Shown here in pieces: positions 9,677-17,967 of a DNA stretch of 64,000 nucleotides. Every line of letters starts with the position of its first letter. Position 1 is the stretch's first letter. The notes beneath the pieces are model-generated. The model was not told the DNA's origin. It saw only the letters and a program-made list of their open reading frames with translations, and made no database searches. Source of the stretch: Anaerocolumna sp. (GTDB lineage Bacteria; Bacillota; Clostridia; Lachnospirales; Lachnospiraceae); contig JAQZAX010000001.1 of assembly GCA_029239455.1 (NCBI GenBank), positions 3,539-67,538 of the forward strand. Direction: 5' to 3'. The position numbers and the translations under genes are program-made.

Positions 9677-10435
9677 TTAAATATACCTGGCTTGGCAGGT
9701 GTTGTATGGCACAATTAGATCTGTGTTCTCTATTACACGTCTGGGATTCTCTGCAAGAAGAATCTCTGCATACTCTTTGGAGAAATTATTTTCAATGAAT
9801 TCGCGTATCATAGTCAAATCTGTAGTACGCCGAGCGGAACTATGTGCATCACTGGCAATCACAGAAACAAGGTTACATTCTAATAATGCTATAGCGGTAT
9901 TCCTTGTTCTGGTTCCAAAGCTCCCAAGAATGCTTCCTTTATTCAACTGTATCAAACAGCCTTGTTGTATCCAATCATATACAATACCCGGATGCTTCTG
10001 TACATAGGGGTATCGCTCCGGGTGTGCAATTATGGGCAAATAACCAAGGCCTTTGACTTCATGAATCAAATACTCCGTTAGAAGTAGGTCCTCTCGAAAG
10101 CTAAATTCCATGAGCAGATATCTGGAATGATTTAATGTAATTAGCCTTCCTTTTCTTAGCAGATTCGGGACTTCTTCCGTTCCGTAAACCTCCATGCCAG
10201 GCAGTATCTCTATGGGGATCTGCTCTTTTTGTAATACCTTTCTTAAGGTAATAAGTCTGTTCTCAAAATTTGAGCTATAGTAATTATCAAAGACTCCTGT
10301 AAGGTTACAATGGGGCGTTGCCACAAGGATACTTACGCCGCTTTCTGCTGCCATCCTTGCCATTCCAATGGACTCCTCTATGGATACAGAACCATCATCC
10401 ATACCGGGCAGAATATGTGTATGTATGTCTATCAT
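9677..10435 (-). CDS. CpsB/CapC PHP-family tyrosine phosphatase, copy 2
   Basis: MIDIHTHILPGMDDG, ATPH, AHPERY, ASDAH. Confidence 0.92.
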   Translation of the reverse strand: MIDIHTHILPGMDDGSVSIEESIGMARMAAESGVSILVATPHCNLTGVFDNYYSSNFENRLITLRKVLQKEQIPIEILPGMEVYGTEEVPNLLRKGRLITLNHSRYLLMEFSFREDLLLTEYLIHEVKGLGYLPIIAHPERYPYVQKHPGIVYDWIQQGCLIQLNKGSILGSFGTRTRNTAIALLECNLVSVIASDAHSSARRTTDLTMIREFIENNFSKEYAEILLAENPRRVIENTDLIVPYNTCQARYI

Positions 10436-10514
10436 TTAAATTTCCCTCGTTGTTCATTATTTTATAGTTACTCCCCACAGTTAATAACCTTGGCAAGTAC
10501 AATTTCTACATAAA

Positions 10515-11777
10515 TTACTGCCTTCCAATAATTTTATATTCTTCCAGTAATTGTGTACGCCTTCTGCCAATCGTAAAACTGTTGTCAGCCTTACGGATTA
10601 ACTTTGTAATACTCTTATCTTCTGCCAGATTAGTAACAATTCTATGCATCCAGGCAACTGGCAGGAGCAGACGGTTTTTTCTGCAATATGCATAATGACT
10701 GCTCATATAACTATGTTCTGGGAACAGAGTATTCATGATGATTCCGTCCGGGTGATTCATCCCCTTTTTCTTCCTATCCTTTCTTATAGCATGTAATGTT
10801 ATGGAACTAGTTTTCACCTGTTCGGCACTCTTACCAAAAATACCAGCCTTCATTATGTCATAAAGCAAACCATCCGAATGCACATCCAATGAAGAATACC
10901 CTTTAGGATATTCAATCTGATTCGTATTCAGCCCAAGATACCTCATCCCAATATCAAGCAAGTTTAGAAAAAATACTTCGTACTTTAACTTCAAAAGCTG
11001 ATTCCACAATGTATTCCAATGAATTTCCTTACCATAGGTATTTATAAACATTACCATATCACACACCTGGCGTATCCCAAATCCAGTTGCAAGAAAGTGC
11101 TTCATACTATGTAGAATAAGAAATAACAGGTGAGCGTTGTGGGACAGTGTATGCACTGATATTCCATCTATCATTATGCAAATGGATTCTTTAAAGCCAT
11201 TGCAAAACAGCTGGTTCATAGGTTCAAATAGATCTGATTCCGTAGGGAATAAATCAATGTGGAGTTCGATACATAAGCCGTGATTAGGACTATGATATGT
11301 AGTTACTTGCTCAAGCCGGGATTCCCCCCTCTTTCTCCTATCCCTTAGGAGTCCGGATGCCTGAAATATTCTATCAACCTGTTCAAAATCTTCTCTTTGA
11401 ATATACACATCTTCATCACTAGAACTTCGATAATAATTATTCGGATATAGTTGCCTGCATATGATACCTTTTACCACCAAAGCTTGTATGCCTGCCTGAT
11501 TTAGTTTATCGTAAATCATTAGGAATTCCATTGTACGGTACATTTGATTGATGCTGCTACTGATTGTCCGTTTTCTCCATACGGCAGATACTTCATACGG
11601 AGCCTGGGAAAAAGAAACTGTATGCTGGGCTGCCTCATAAATCATAGGTACGATATTATGTATACTGGCCAGCTGCAACAATTTATCCCAGTCTGCTTCT
11701 TCCATATCATTCAGCGATTGTCTGGTTTCCATTGCAGAGGATAGTAATGCAAGAAACTGTATTGTTGCTTTATCCAT
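10515..11777 (-). CDS. Nucleotidyltransferase family protein (NTP_transf_5-like)
   Basis: VVKG...LYP...R.SSDEDVY, IELH, H..KHF...GFGIRQVCD; start refined to 11777 (AAGGAG SD). Confidence 0.8.
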   Translation of the reverse strand: MDKATIQFLALLSSAMETRQSLNDMEEADWDKLLQLASIHNIVPMIYEAAQHTVSFSQAPYEVSAVWRKRTISSSINQMYRTMEFLMIYDKLNQAGIQALVVKGIICRQLYPNNYYRSSSDEDVYIQREDFEQVDRIFQASGLLRDRRKRGESRLEQVTTYHSPNHGLCIELHIDLFPTESDLFEPMNQLFCNGFKESICIMIDGISVHTLSHNAHLLFLILHSMKHFLATGFGIRQVCDMVMFINTYGKEIHWNTLWNQLLKLKYEVFFLNLLDIGMRYLGLNTNQIEYPKGYSSLDVHSDGLLYDIMKAGIFGKSAEQVKTSSITLHAIRKDRKKKGMNHPDGIIMNTLFPEHSYMSSHYAYCRKNRLLLPVAWMHRIVTNLAEDKSITKLIRKADNSFTIGRRRTQLLEEYKIIGRQ

Positions 11778-11806
11778 ATGCTGTCTCCTTATGTTTATCA
11801 TATTCT

Positions 11807-12304
11807 CTACCGTCTGTATCTTTTATAGGCCCGAGGCGTTGCTTTTACTTTCACCAACCAAAAATAAATTCCTAGTAGATGTCTTCTTATTGGAAGCAGC
11901 TTTCGCCAGAGGAATAAAACATACCGCCAGGGAAAAGAATAACAATCAATCTCTTCTTCCTTGCGGTATATTTTTTCTACTACTCCAATAATATCTTCAG
12001 GTTCTACCAGCCCGTCGTCCTGGAGACAGCCATCTCCTATGGTACGATAGCCATTGACCTCTCTTTTATAAATTCTGTGAAGAATATATTTACTACTATC
12101 ATCTTGGAACAATATAATATCTCCAAGCCTCGGTCTATTTTTCTTTGCACATGACAAAAGTACCTGGTCCCTATTTGGAGCAATCCATGGAAGCATACTT
12201 GTTCCAGTCACTGTAAACTTAACTTTCTGACCATTATCTAACATTTCTGTAATGATAGGCATTAATTCATAGGTAGAAATCATTTTTTTATTATCATTTC
12301 CCAT
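11807..12304 (-). CDS. S24/S26-family peptidase
   Basis: V.GTSMLP (catalytic Ser), GDIILF, YILHRI (His in place of Lys), GD.; no N-terminal TM. Confidence 0.8.
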   Translation of the reverse strand: MGNDNKKMISTYELMPIITEMLDNGQKVKFTVTGTSMLPWIAPNRDQVLLSCAKKNRPRLGDIILFQDDSSKYILHRIYKREVNGYRTIGDGCLQDDGLVEPEDIIGVVEKIYRKEEEIDCYSFPWRYVLFLWRKLLPIRRHLLGIYFWLVKVKATPRAYKRYRR

Positions 12305-12333
12305 TTATGTAGTCTTTCATATATTTTAAGTAT

Positions 12334-13263
12334 TTAAATTGCAGCTAAAAGTTCTTCCAGCCCTGCTTTTAATACTGAAACAGCATCTAGATTAGGCTGG
12401 CATCTTAATTTTAGTACTTGGATATTTTGAGCAATATCATCAATTGCATCAAAAGAACAATTTATCAGTTTATCATCCCATGCAGGAGCAAATGCAAGCT
12501 GAATTAATTCTAATGCACCTTTTAGTGGTGGTAACACTTCGATTTCATTTACCTCTGCTTGTTCTAGTATTACAACCGCCTTAAGTTCTGCACATTTAGA
12601 GCTATATTCCCCAGAGGAACCACTCCAAGGGGCACCGCTGGTATACCATATAGATTCCTTCTTATAACACAATGCACGATCGCCATTTAGAATTTTTGCA
12701 TTCTCACTATCCTTCCACATTCTCGTATGGGTCGTCTTCCCAATCCCAGAATGCCCGCAAATAATGATTCCCATACCTTCCCATTGCATAACAACACCAT
12801 GGAACATAATACCGCCTTTATTTAAAACAGAATACGCAAAAATATAGGCTAGTTCCGAAAAACTATCGGATCCCGAATTTGGGGAATTATCTAAAAGCAA
12901 GCTCCAGGTATTCCAATCCTCCGATATCTGATAAACTAATTTTGGTTGCATATCTTGATTTTTTCTAATCCATAAGTATCCACCGGAATTTATCCGGTAG
13001 ATACTATATGGGTAGGGCCCTTGGTCAAATCCAGCGATTGGTTTATCCTCAGGTTCCACAAAAGGGGTTGTTAACTGAATGTTATATTCCATGTTATTCT
13101 TGGCAGCAAAAAGAGAATCCTCTTTCTTACAATCAATCAAGAACTGTTCCATGTTATCCGGAAGAAAATAATGGGATAGACCTATGGTTTTGTTAAAAAT
13201 CTGAATTGTATATTTTCCAATCAATAATTGAATCTGTTTCTTAGATAGGATTAATTTACTCAT
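12334..13263 (-). CDS. HPr-kinase-like P-loop protein (ScmC / lasso-cluster kinase-like)
   Basis: FHG..., GHSGIGKTT Walker A, LNGD, G.PWSG. Confidence 0.7.
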   Translation of the reverse strand: MSKLILSKKQIQLLIGKYTIQIFNKTIGLSHYFLPDNMEQFLIDCKKEDSLFAAKNNMEYNIQLTTPFVEPEDKPIAGFDQGPYPYSIYRINSGGYLWIRKNQDMQPKLVYQISEDWNTWSLLLDNSPNSGSDSFSELAYIFAYSVLNKGGIMFHGVVMQWEGMGIIICGHSGIGKTTHTRMWKDSENAKILNGDRALCYKKESIWYTSGAPWSGSSGEYSSKCAELKAVVILEQAEVNEIEVLPPLKGALELIQLAFAPAWDDKLINCSFDAIDDIAQNIQVLKLRCQPNLDAVSVLKAGLEELLAAI

Positions 13264-13268
13264 ATGTT

Positions 13269-13577
13269 TTAGCTATTAACTAGCGTTACTCCTTGTAATT
13301 TTACATTGGCTAAGTTTTTTGAATTGTTTTTATCTACATAATCTCTTTTCCAGCTATCAAAATCTAGTCCAAGATATCCTGCTGCCTGTGTTAATAAGCC
13401 CTCACTGTCTTCCTTTCCACATTTCGCTTTGTCCACTAACTGTATCTGATAGTTTTCAACATTGCTTGTATAAGGATTATCCAGTATAAAGTTAATTCCT
13501 CCCCAGCATGTGTCTGCAATCTTTTCGAAAAATGTTAATTCTTCAAACATCATTCTTGGTGCTTCATATTGTTTCAT
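13269..13577 (-). CDS. Putative RiPP precursor/substrate protein (YxxP leader, C-terminal Ser)
   Basis: MKQYEAPRM leader; IADTCWGG; overlaps rSAM stop and lies 5 nt from kinase start. Confidence 0.6.
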   Translation of the reverse strand: MKQYEAPRMMFEELTFFEKIADTCWGGINFILDNPYTSNVENYQIQLVDKAKCGKEDSEGLLTQAAGYLGLDFDSWKRDYVDKNNSKNLANVKLQGVTLVNS

Positions 13578-14760
13578 ATTCTAATCTTCCTTTCTCTTCT
13601 ATAAATTGCTGCATCTCTGCTATCATTTTCATCTCCATAGCATGTGCTAATTTGCTTTCCTGGCACAGATATTCCGGAAAGCCTCCAATGGAACCTGTTT
13701 CCGCCTGACGAGTCGCCGGACAGGCACTGCAGGTTATTTCACAACCTTTGCATTGTTCCGGCATAGGCTGTAGATTTACTTGTTTCGGATAATCTTTCCA
13801 AGCCTGCATAAATCCTGTTTCGAAAGGATATGTCCAGCAGTTTCCAAGCATTTGGCAGCCTATTAGTTTCCCATCCCATGTAATGGTATAAGCACTCATT
13901 CCAGCTTCACATCCGTACAGTGTCAGCTTCTCCTTGACAGTCTGGCCCTTTGGATTTGTTATATCGTTGTCTGCATTTTTAAAAATCGTAGTGGGTATCT
14001 TTTCTTTCTTTATCTTTTCTTTCTTTATCTTTTCTTTCTTTATCACTTCAGGATGTTCTTTTATGAACCTGCTAAAAGGTTCCATAATAAATTCTTTACT
14101 TCGCTCTCTTAACATAGCTACATTTTCTTCCGCTGTCAGTCGGCAGGACTCAACCTCTGCAATGCCTCCCCGTACAGCTTTGGTTACAATTCTTGATACA
14201 TTAAAATCAACATCCCTGCCAATGGAAAAAGCCCATTCTGACATTTTTCTCAGATCATTCGCATTATCTTTAATGAGAGTTGTCCGGATGGTAAGTTTTG
14301 ATGGCAGCTGTCGTAGTCGCCTCACCCCCTCTATCATTTTATTATAAGCAGACGCACTGCCCGTCACTTTCTCATATGTTTCTGGTGATGCCCCATAGGT
14401 AGTGATTCCAATACTATGAGGAGGATACGCTTTCAGTACTTCCATTACTTCTGGAGTTACTAATGTTGCATTGGTATAAAGCGTTAATAAAAAGCCCATC
14501 TGTGCGACTGCTTTGTATATCTGACAAAAATCCCCGCGAAGCATTGGCTCACCACCGGTTAATAGTAGTCCTATAGTTCCTGCATCAAACATCTCCCTTG
14601 CCAGCTGGATCCACTCCTTTGTGGTTCTTTCCCTCCCACCAAGTTCGGTCATTCTCTTTTCATCCACACGTATCAGACACATTTTACATCTCAAATTACA
14701 TCTTGCAGTCAGCTCAAGCGTTCCGTTTAAAGGAACTCTCTTAACATTTTTAGTCTCCAT
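13564..14760 (-). CDS. Radical SAM/SPASM peptide maturase
   Basis: CNLRCKMC, TGGEP, C-terminal C.AG...GC...CKGC...CSACP...C SPASM cysteines. Confidence 0.88.
   Translation of the reverse strand: METKNVKRVPLNGTLELTARCNLRCKMCLIRVDEKRMTELGGRERTTKEWIQLAREMFDAGTIGLLLTGGEPMLRGDFCQIYKAVAQMGFLLTLYTNATLVTPEVMEVLKAYPPHSIGITTYGASPETYEKVTGSASAYNKMIEGVRRLRQLPSKLTIRTTLIKDNANDLRKMSEWAFSIGRDVDFNVSRIVTKAVRGGIAEVESCRLTAEENVAMLRERSKEFIMEPFSRFIKEHPEVIKKEKIKKEKIKKEKIPTTIFKNADNDITNPKGQTVKEKLTLYGCEAGMSAYTITWDGKLIGCQMLGNCWTYPFETGFMQAWKDYPKQVNLQPMPEQCKGCEITCSACPATRQAETGSIGGFPEYLCQESKLAHAMEMKMIAEMQQFIEEKGRLEYETI
13996..14044. repeat. 15-bp perfect tandem repeat x3.3 encoding (IKKEK)n inside the rSAM gene
   Basis: TATCTTTTCTTTCTT at 13996, 14011, 14026 plus TATC. 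Confidence 0.95.
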
Positions 14761-14777
14761 GTTCTTCCCGTCCTCTA

Positions 14778-15047
14778 TTACACTTCCATGAGAATATTAG
14801 CCTGTTGCAGCCCTTCTATGAAATTCTCTGTATCCACTTGTGCCTGTTCTTTGCTTATATTGTATTCTTCAGCCAATACTGTCACCAGATGTGGCAATTC
14901 TACACCTTCTGTTAGGTGTCTCCATAAAAATGCAGCTGACTCGTTCAGAGAAATAATCCCATTAAAATCAGCGATATTACTACCAACAGGTACCACCATA
15001 TCGGAGCCGGCGATTTTTCTTAATATGTAACCACTTTTTATTCTCAT
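14778..15047 (-). CDS. Stand-alone PqqD-family protein (RiPP recognition element)
   Basis: LRKIAG..MVVP...ISLNESAAFLW..L...L..EY.I....A..D...FI..L. Confidence 0.9.
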   Translation of the reverse strand: MRIKSGYILRKIAGSDMVVPVGSNIADFNGIISLNESAAFLWRHLTEGVELPHLVTVLAEEYNISKEQAQVDTENFIEGLQQANILMEV

Positions 15048-15147
15048 ACTACTCTCCTTTTCTGCACGGTAGCATTCCCATAACTTTCTCCGTGAATACT
15101 ACTTTATTATTAATATAAATAATGATTTGAGTATTAAATTAATTTAT

Positions 15148-16923
15148 TCAAAGATTCACCGCAATCAGCTCATGGTCTTTATGTAAGAATTCCATTATCT
15201 CACCTTCCTTCATCTGATATACCCTATCACACATGTTTAATACACTAAATCTGTGGGTAGTAAGTATACAAGTATGGGTTTTACCATATGCCATTATGCC
15301 ACGTAATACTTCTTTTTCAGTCTCAGTATCCAAAGCTGAGGTAGCTTCATCCAATAACAGTATGGGAGCATCTCTTAAGATTGCTCTTGCAATAGCAAGC
15401 CTCTGAGCCTGTCCTTCTGAGAACCCGCAGCCTTTCTCCCCCACCTTGGTATAGATTCCTTCTGGTAGTTCTTTTACAAAGGCATAAGCACAAGCTGCCT
15501 TTAAGGCGGTAATCAGTTCCTGCTCGTCAGCTTCCGGTCTTACCATACGAAGATTATCTGCTATGGTTCCTGAGAATATGGTATTGCCTTGTGGGACATA
15601 GGAAAAAAATCTTCGAGTGGATGATGAGAGCCTGGCTTCTAATCCCCCCTCATCTACAATCCTCGCTTTTCCAGCTGTAGGATTTAATAATCCCAACAAA
15701 ATCCTGATTAATGTAGTTTTCCCTTCTCCTGACGGGCCAATAATTGCCACAATCTCTTGGGGATTCGCATAGATGCTAGCATGTTGCAGTATCATACTTC
15801 TTCCACTATAATGAAACGAAATATCCGATAATTGAACCGCCAATCTAAGACTCTTTGCATTTCTTTCAATTTTATCAACAATACTGCTGTCTTCTTCCTT
15901 TTCCCTCGGTAATTCAACGACAGACATGATTCTGCCTGCAGAGGTTGCTGCACTAATGGCTGAAGGTACCATTCCTACCAGAGCAGAAAAACCACTTGCT
16001 AAACCACTCGAAAGTTGAAGAAACAGCGTCATGGTTCCATAGGTTATATATCCCCCCCACAACCGATAGACGCCCCAGCCAAAGGTTGTGTACGACACTA
16101 CAATTCCAACTACGGACATAAAAAAAGAAGTATAAATTGAAAATTTATTATACTCCAGTGCTATATCTGCATATTTCTTCTGTACATTCTTTAATCTCTT
16201 TCCAAAGAAGCCAACGAGATCAAAGCATTTAATGGTCTGAATATTATGAAAGGATTCCTCGTGGAATGCCATCATATTACTGCTTACCTGTTTCATGTTC
16301 TTATTATAGTTTCTCATTCGATTTACCAATATCTTTGACATTATCATTGTAATCGGTGCACTTAAAAGGGCTAATACCGCCATAGTTGAATCATAATAGA
16401 GAATGACAGCAAGGGTTCCAAGAAACTGACCCAACCTTGTAATTAAGGTTGGGATCCATCCTATCACACTTTCAGCAACTATATTAACATCTCCGTTTAA
16501 TCGGCTTAATAAGTCTCCGCTGTGGTACTGGGACATAGATTCCCAGTCCGTACCCATAATTTTGCTATAAATATCTGCCTGGATTTCGTTGGTTACTTTT
16601 AAGCTTATTTTGGCAGAAATTCTGCCAGTTACGGAACGTATTATGATATTACCAAATGCCATGCTGATGATTAGGGTTATAATAAACCCCAGGTTTGATA
16701 CTTCATGACCTGTAACGGCATCGATTAAGTATTTGGAGGATACACTGCCAGCCAGACCCAGTCCTGAACTCAAAATTCCAAGAAATATGTAATAGATGAT
16801 TGAGCGCCAGTATCTTTTGGTGTATTGATATAGCCACTTGGATTCTTGGAATATTTCCTTAAAAATATTAGATTTGATTTTATCTTTAATATATTTATTA
16901 ATTGCAATCATAAAACCTCTCAT
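15148..16923 (-). CDS. ABC exporter, fused permease/ATPase
   Basis: Multi-TM N-half; GPSGEGKTT, FSEGQAQRL signature variant, LLLDEATSALD; no C39 peptidase domain. Confidence 0.92.
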   Translation of the reverse strand: MRGFMIAINKYIKDKIKSNIFKEIFQESKWLYQYTKRYWRSIIYYIFLGILSSGLGLAGSVSSKYLIDAVTGHEVSNLGFIITLIISMAFGNIIIRSVTGRISAKISLKVTNEIQADIYSKIMGTDWESMSQYHSGDLLSRLNGDVNIVAESVIGWIPTLITRLGQFLGTLAVILYYDSTMAVLALLSAPITMIMSKILVNRMRNYNKNMKQVSSNMMAFHEESFHNIQTIKCFDLVGFFGKRLKNVQKKYADIALEYNKFSIYTSFFMSVVGIVVSYTTFGWGVYRLWGGYITYGTMTLFLQLSSGLASGFSALVGMVPSAISAATSAGRIMSVVELPREKEEDSSIVDKIERNAKSLRLAVQLSDISFHYSGRSMILQHASIYANPQEIVAIIGPSGEGKTTLIRILLGLLNPTAGKARIVDEGGLEARLSSSTRRFFSYVPQGNTIFSGTIADNLRMVRPEADEQELITALKAACAYAFVKELPEGIYTKVGEKGCGFSEGQAQRLAIARAILRDAPILLLDEATSALDTETEKEVLRGIMAYGKTHTCILTTHRFSVLNMCDRVYQMKEGEIMEFLHKDHELIAVNL

Positions 16924-16968
16924 TGTCTTTATAAGTTTAACATCTAACTACATGCTATGATTTATACA

Positions 16969-17967
16969 TCATTTAATAACTTTAATAACTTTTACACCTA
17001 ATTTCATTAAGTGGAAATACATAAGAAATATTTTTATAAAATATTTACTTTTTATAAATAAAGTAATTTTTAATTCCTTATTTATTTCATAAAACGCTTC
17101 AATTATTTTTTCCTCATAATTTTTATTAATATTATTTGATCGTAGATATTTATAATAGCAGTCTGTTAGAATAATTACTTTATAGTAATTGAAATAATCT
17201 ATTAAAGCTGGCTTATTATCTTTAATAATTCTAGATAGTTGGCAAGCATTTTCATATAAATCAGTTGAATTCTTGTAAAAATTATTGTGCCACGCACGTT
17301 TTTTATAATATATATAATTGTATAACTTTTCATTTACTAGAGCTATGTAGGTTTTAGGATTACACTTTAATAGTAATTGGGGAGTAATCCACATATCTTC
17401 ATATGCTCGATTTAATGGAAATCTTAAATTATTGAATAATTTTTTTTTACATAATAATGACCAAACGCAACTTGGAATTTCCTCATTCCAAATTAATTTA
17501 AGTGTATCATCTATTGTATATTCCCTAACATCAGGTTGATAAATTAAGGTTTTAATTTTCCCTTCAAATTTTTCCTTTAAATATTTCGGCTTACATATTG
17601 CCATATCTGCATCAATATTAGCTAGTGAATTGTACATTATTTCAAACATCTGAGTATGAATCCAATCATCACTATCAACAAAACCTATTAAGTCACCTGC
17701 TGCTATATTTAACCCCTTATTTCTAGCATCCGAAAAGCCTCCATTTGTCTTATGAATAACTTTAATTCGAGAATCTCTCTTAGCCCAATTGTCACATAGT
17801 TCAGGTGACAAATCAGTTGAACCATCATCAATTAATATGATTTCTAAATTTCTGTAAGTTTGATTACATATTGATTTAATACATCGATTTAAATATTCAG
17901 CTGTATTATATATTGGAACAATGATACTAATTAGAGGTAACATATTTTTGTAATTTCCTTCTTTCAT
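16969..17967 (-). CDS. GT2 glycosyltransferase
   Basis: ISIIVPIYN, IDDGSTD, GFVDSDD. Confidence 0.92.
   Translation of the reverse strand: MKEGNYKNMLPLISIIVPIYNTAEYLNRCIKSICNQTYRNLEIILIDDGSTDLSPELCDNWAKRDSRIKVIHKTNGGFSDARNKGLNIAAGDLIGFVDSDDWIHTQMFEIMYNSLANIDADMAICKPKYLKEKFEGKIKTLIYQPDVREYTIDDTLKLIWNEEIPSCVWSLLCKKKLFNNLRFPLNRAYEDMWITPQLLLKCNPKTYIALVNEKLYNYIYYKKRAWHNNFYKNSTDLYENACQLSRIIKDNKPALIDYFNYYKVIILTDCYYKYLRSNNINKNYEEKIIEAFYEINKELKITLFIKSKYFIKIFLMYFHLMKLGVKVIKVIK

Noticed and set aside
10515-16923. Calling the cassette a lasso peptide cluster or PQQ operon
   Set aside because: No asparagine-synthetase-like cyclase or transglutaminase-like B2 protease; no pqqB/C and no ExxxY PqqA-type peptide
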